This document shows positions 60,902 to 64,000 of a stretch of 64,000 bases of DNA, in pieces. Numbering within the stretch: the first letter of the stretch is position 1; every line of letters starts with the position of its first letter. The translations under genes were made by a program, and so were the position numbers. Source of the stretch: Octopus sinensis (lineage: Eukaryota). A model generated the notes under the pieces. That model did no database searches. It was given only the letters and a program-made list of their open reading frames with translations, and had not been told where the DNA came from. The DNA is taken from positions 49,228,001-49,292,000 of the forward strand of contig NC_042998.1 of NCBI RefSeq assembly GCF_006345805.1, given 5' to 3'.

Positions 60902-63059
60902 CTGGGAAAAGAATGGATGGTAGATTAGAATTGTAAAATGTTTAATATTTTGAAAGTTTGTATACTGGAGAAAACACTCAACAAGTGATCATCAAAAACT
61001 GCTGCTTCACATCACTGGAAAAATAAAATCCACCAGGTATGCCTGTATGGTTAAACAACCGGCATTGAAACCACAGTATATTGTATCTTTTGAGCAATGC
61101 TCTTGTAAGTGAATTTGTAAATGGAAACTGTGAAGAAATTTTTTCTCATGTGTGTGTGTGGTGTTTGTCTTTCTCTCTGAAATCTGTCTTTATGTTACTA
61201 CTACATGCCAAGTGGTGTTGATCTGTTTATGCCTTCATTAATGGTTTTGCAAAAATAAGAATGATAAATATGTACTGGGGCTGACTTGTTTGACCATAAA
61301 CCTTTCAAAGCAGAGCCCTGGTATGGTCATAGTCCAATGACTGAAACAGTGAGGGGGAAAAAAAAATCAATCACTTTAACAAGGTAAGCAACCTGATCAT
61401 TAATCACAATTTATTATACAAAATTTAGCAAACTTAGACATCCGATACAAACAGAAACTTTCCAAGACTTAACCATTTCCTTTTAGCTAATAAAAACAGT
61501 TCTCCCATAGTTCAATGTTTGACTTTAGGTATCTGATCCAGTCTGAGCACTATATTTAAAGTTTTTTTTTGTCTTGCAAGTACTAGGTGACCCTGTCAGT
61601 GTAGTGTCACTTAAAAGCACCCAGTCCACACTGTAAAGTGATTGGTGTTCGGAAGGGTATCCAGCTGTAAAAACCTTGCCAAAACTGACTTCGCCTGTGC
61701 TTGTGCCAGGGAAAAAGCACTAAGTCCACTCTGCTGAGTGGTTGGTGTTAGGAAGGGCATCCAGCTGTAAAAGTCCAGCCAAAACAGTCACAGAAGTCTG
61801 GTGCAGGCTTCTATCTAGCTGGCTCTTGTGAAACCATCCTACCCATGCTAGCATGGAAAGTGCATATTAAATGAAATGATGATACTATCTTGTCATTATA
61901 AGAATTTAGAACCTTTGAAAGATATGAAGCAAATTGTTTTTAACTGTAGATAAATAGTAGGATGTAGAATATTGGGTTAAAAAATAAAAAACCCTTGGAC
62001 CGAAAAAAAAAAAGTCAAAGGAAATTTAGTCACTTTGTTATAATTTCATATTCAAAGACTTTAGAAGGTGCTGTGATAAAAACAACACACTAAATACAAG
62101 TAGCACCCAGTTTCAGATTTTTATGTTAAATAATTTCACTCCTCTAAGGTTAGCTTTCTCTTTTCGTCTTTAAGACCAACAAAATGAGTACAGGAATTGA
62201 TTCAGTAAAACTAAATATATCTCTTATTACTTAGTGGCCTTATACCCATTTGAGGTCTAATAACAACTATTAATTTTTTATGTTTAAATATTATTAGGAA
62301 TTGTATTACAGAAATTTTGAAATATTTTGTGTATTATAGAAGCATAAGCAATTTATTGCACATAAACTTTAACAAAATCTTATATAGGCCCCCAAGGGCC
62401 TTATGGACTCCAGTTAAGAACCACAACAACATAAGAATTTTATTATTTTGTAACTTGATTAATCTACTAAATATTTGTTGGCCATAGAGTAAATCTAAAT
62501 CACGATTACTCACTAATTCTTTTATCCTTTAACTGTTTGTCATTTGACTGCAGCCATGCTGGAGCACCATGTTGAAGGGTTTTAGTTGGAGAAATTGATC
62601 CGCAAGGACTTTTTATTAAAAGCCTAGTACTTATTCTATTGGTCCCTTTTGTCGAACTGCTAAGTTACAGGGACTAAACACACCATCATTAGTTGTCAAG
62701 TAGTGATGGGGTGGGGTGGGAGGAGGAGGACTAACACAGATGCTAACACACACACACACATGTACGATGGGCTTCTTTCAGTTTCTGTCTATCAAATCTA
62801 TTCATAAAGCTTTGGTTGGCCTGGCATATATTAGAAAACACTTGCCACGCAGTGGGACTGAACCCATGTGATAGAGAAGCAAGCTTCTTACCACACAGCC
62901 ATGCCTGCACCACTAATTTCACTTTTATTGTTCCATTTCCACTAGTAATTTACCCCGGTTTGCCAACCCCTGCTTTGAGGCTTAAAAAGATGCTCGAAGA
63001 TACTAAAATATAAGACAGTAAAGAAAATGGAAAGTAAAATTATTTGATTAAATAATCAC

Positions 63060-63138
63060 CTGTGTTTGATAGTCATCACCAGTAACAATGTTACCAACAA
63101 CACGTAGAGCTGCCGAAACAACACACAAGTTGGAATTT
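63060..63138 (-). CDS. KPNA6: Importin alpha, 79-nt exon (gene continues beyond the window)
   Basis: NSNLCVVSAALRVVGNIVTGDDYQTQ; ttctag acceptor and CAG|GTGATT donor. Confidence 0.92.
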
Positions 63139-64000
63139 CTAGAAAATTGAAGAAAAACTTGATCAATCAATCAATTCAACTTGGATAATTTTAATTAAAC
63201 AGATTTAAAGTTTAATAGCTTTGTATTTTATGTTCGATTACTAATTAAATAATTTAAATGAATATTTTAAATTCCATGTCTTGTTTGTTAATATTTTAGA
63301 ATTTTTATTACCGTAAAAACCCATGTAAAACAAAAATAAACTTTAGGAGGTGCATAAATTATATGAGTAGATCGTTTCCAGAATTTCTTTTTGTTGAAAA
63401 AAGATGTACAAATGTAAACATTCGTACCAGAAGCTGATTCATTTAATGTCAGAATAGGTTTTTACAGAAAAAATATAATGAAGTTGACTTTTATTTGTTT
63501 GACGGTATAATGCTTACTTTTTCTGTATAAATTTACTAAAACCATTAAATGGTTAACTACATTTTGAAGTTTGACGTTCATGCTGGTAATTATGGTCTGG
63601 GCCATATTTTACATTGCTTGGAATCCAGCCATTTCCTTAAATAGATCAGTTATTCTCTGCTTAAGAAGTCTAGCTTGGGTTTACCCCCGGAAGCTTTTGC
63701 TCACTTTCTCTGCGTTAGGACAATGAAATTCATCACCACCGACATCACCACTACCAGCTCTTACTGCATCTAAGGCCAATGACAACATCATAGTTCATCC
63801 TTGCGCATGTAAACTCACTAAGTGAATATGACTTAGCTTTCCTACAGAAACCTTAATTTACCTTATATAATGCTTAATGTCGTTTCACATTCATGTTGAA
63901 TTATGCAGCAGTCTTATGTTTTCTTCATATAACCCTTATATGTATTACCAGTTCTTTTGATATAGTAGATTTTTGCTATTCTTGTTTATGTCTCCTCACA

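Overview
Eukaryotic, AT-rich, repeat-dense genomic DNA. The SINE, RTE and MITE repertoire resembles that of octopus or another coleoid cephalopod (inferred from repeat families, not proven). The right end (55.5-63.1 kb, minus strand) carries the last five coding exons of an importin-alpha gene of the KPNA1/5/6 clade, with all splice phases consistent. The left end (0.1-9.2 kb, minus) has a few candidate exons of an unidentified gene. The middle (24-40 kb) is a nest of mobile elements. It holds an internally deleted hATm-type transposon interrupted by a solo LTR, which is itself interrupted by a MITE. It also holds two independent, very young, full-length ~5.06-kb Ty3/Gypsy insertions (TSDs AAGT and CTTT), the second sitting inside a probable solo LTR inside an older decayed Gypsy RT. 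Both young copies share an unusually small ~160-aa Gag, a slippery-site-plus-hairpin -1 frameshift signal into pol, and a palindromic NRF1/ETS-type LTR promoter, but they differ in their tRNA primer-binding sites. Other features: two decayed mariners, RTE LINE, Helitron and Penelope-like fragments, piggyBac-type MITEs, three tRNA-derived SINE families (with recurrent concatemer junctions), a degenerate hammerhead-like motif and several long palindromes. All alignments and counts were done by eye.
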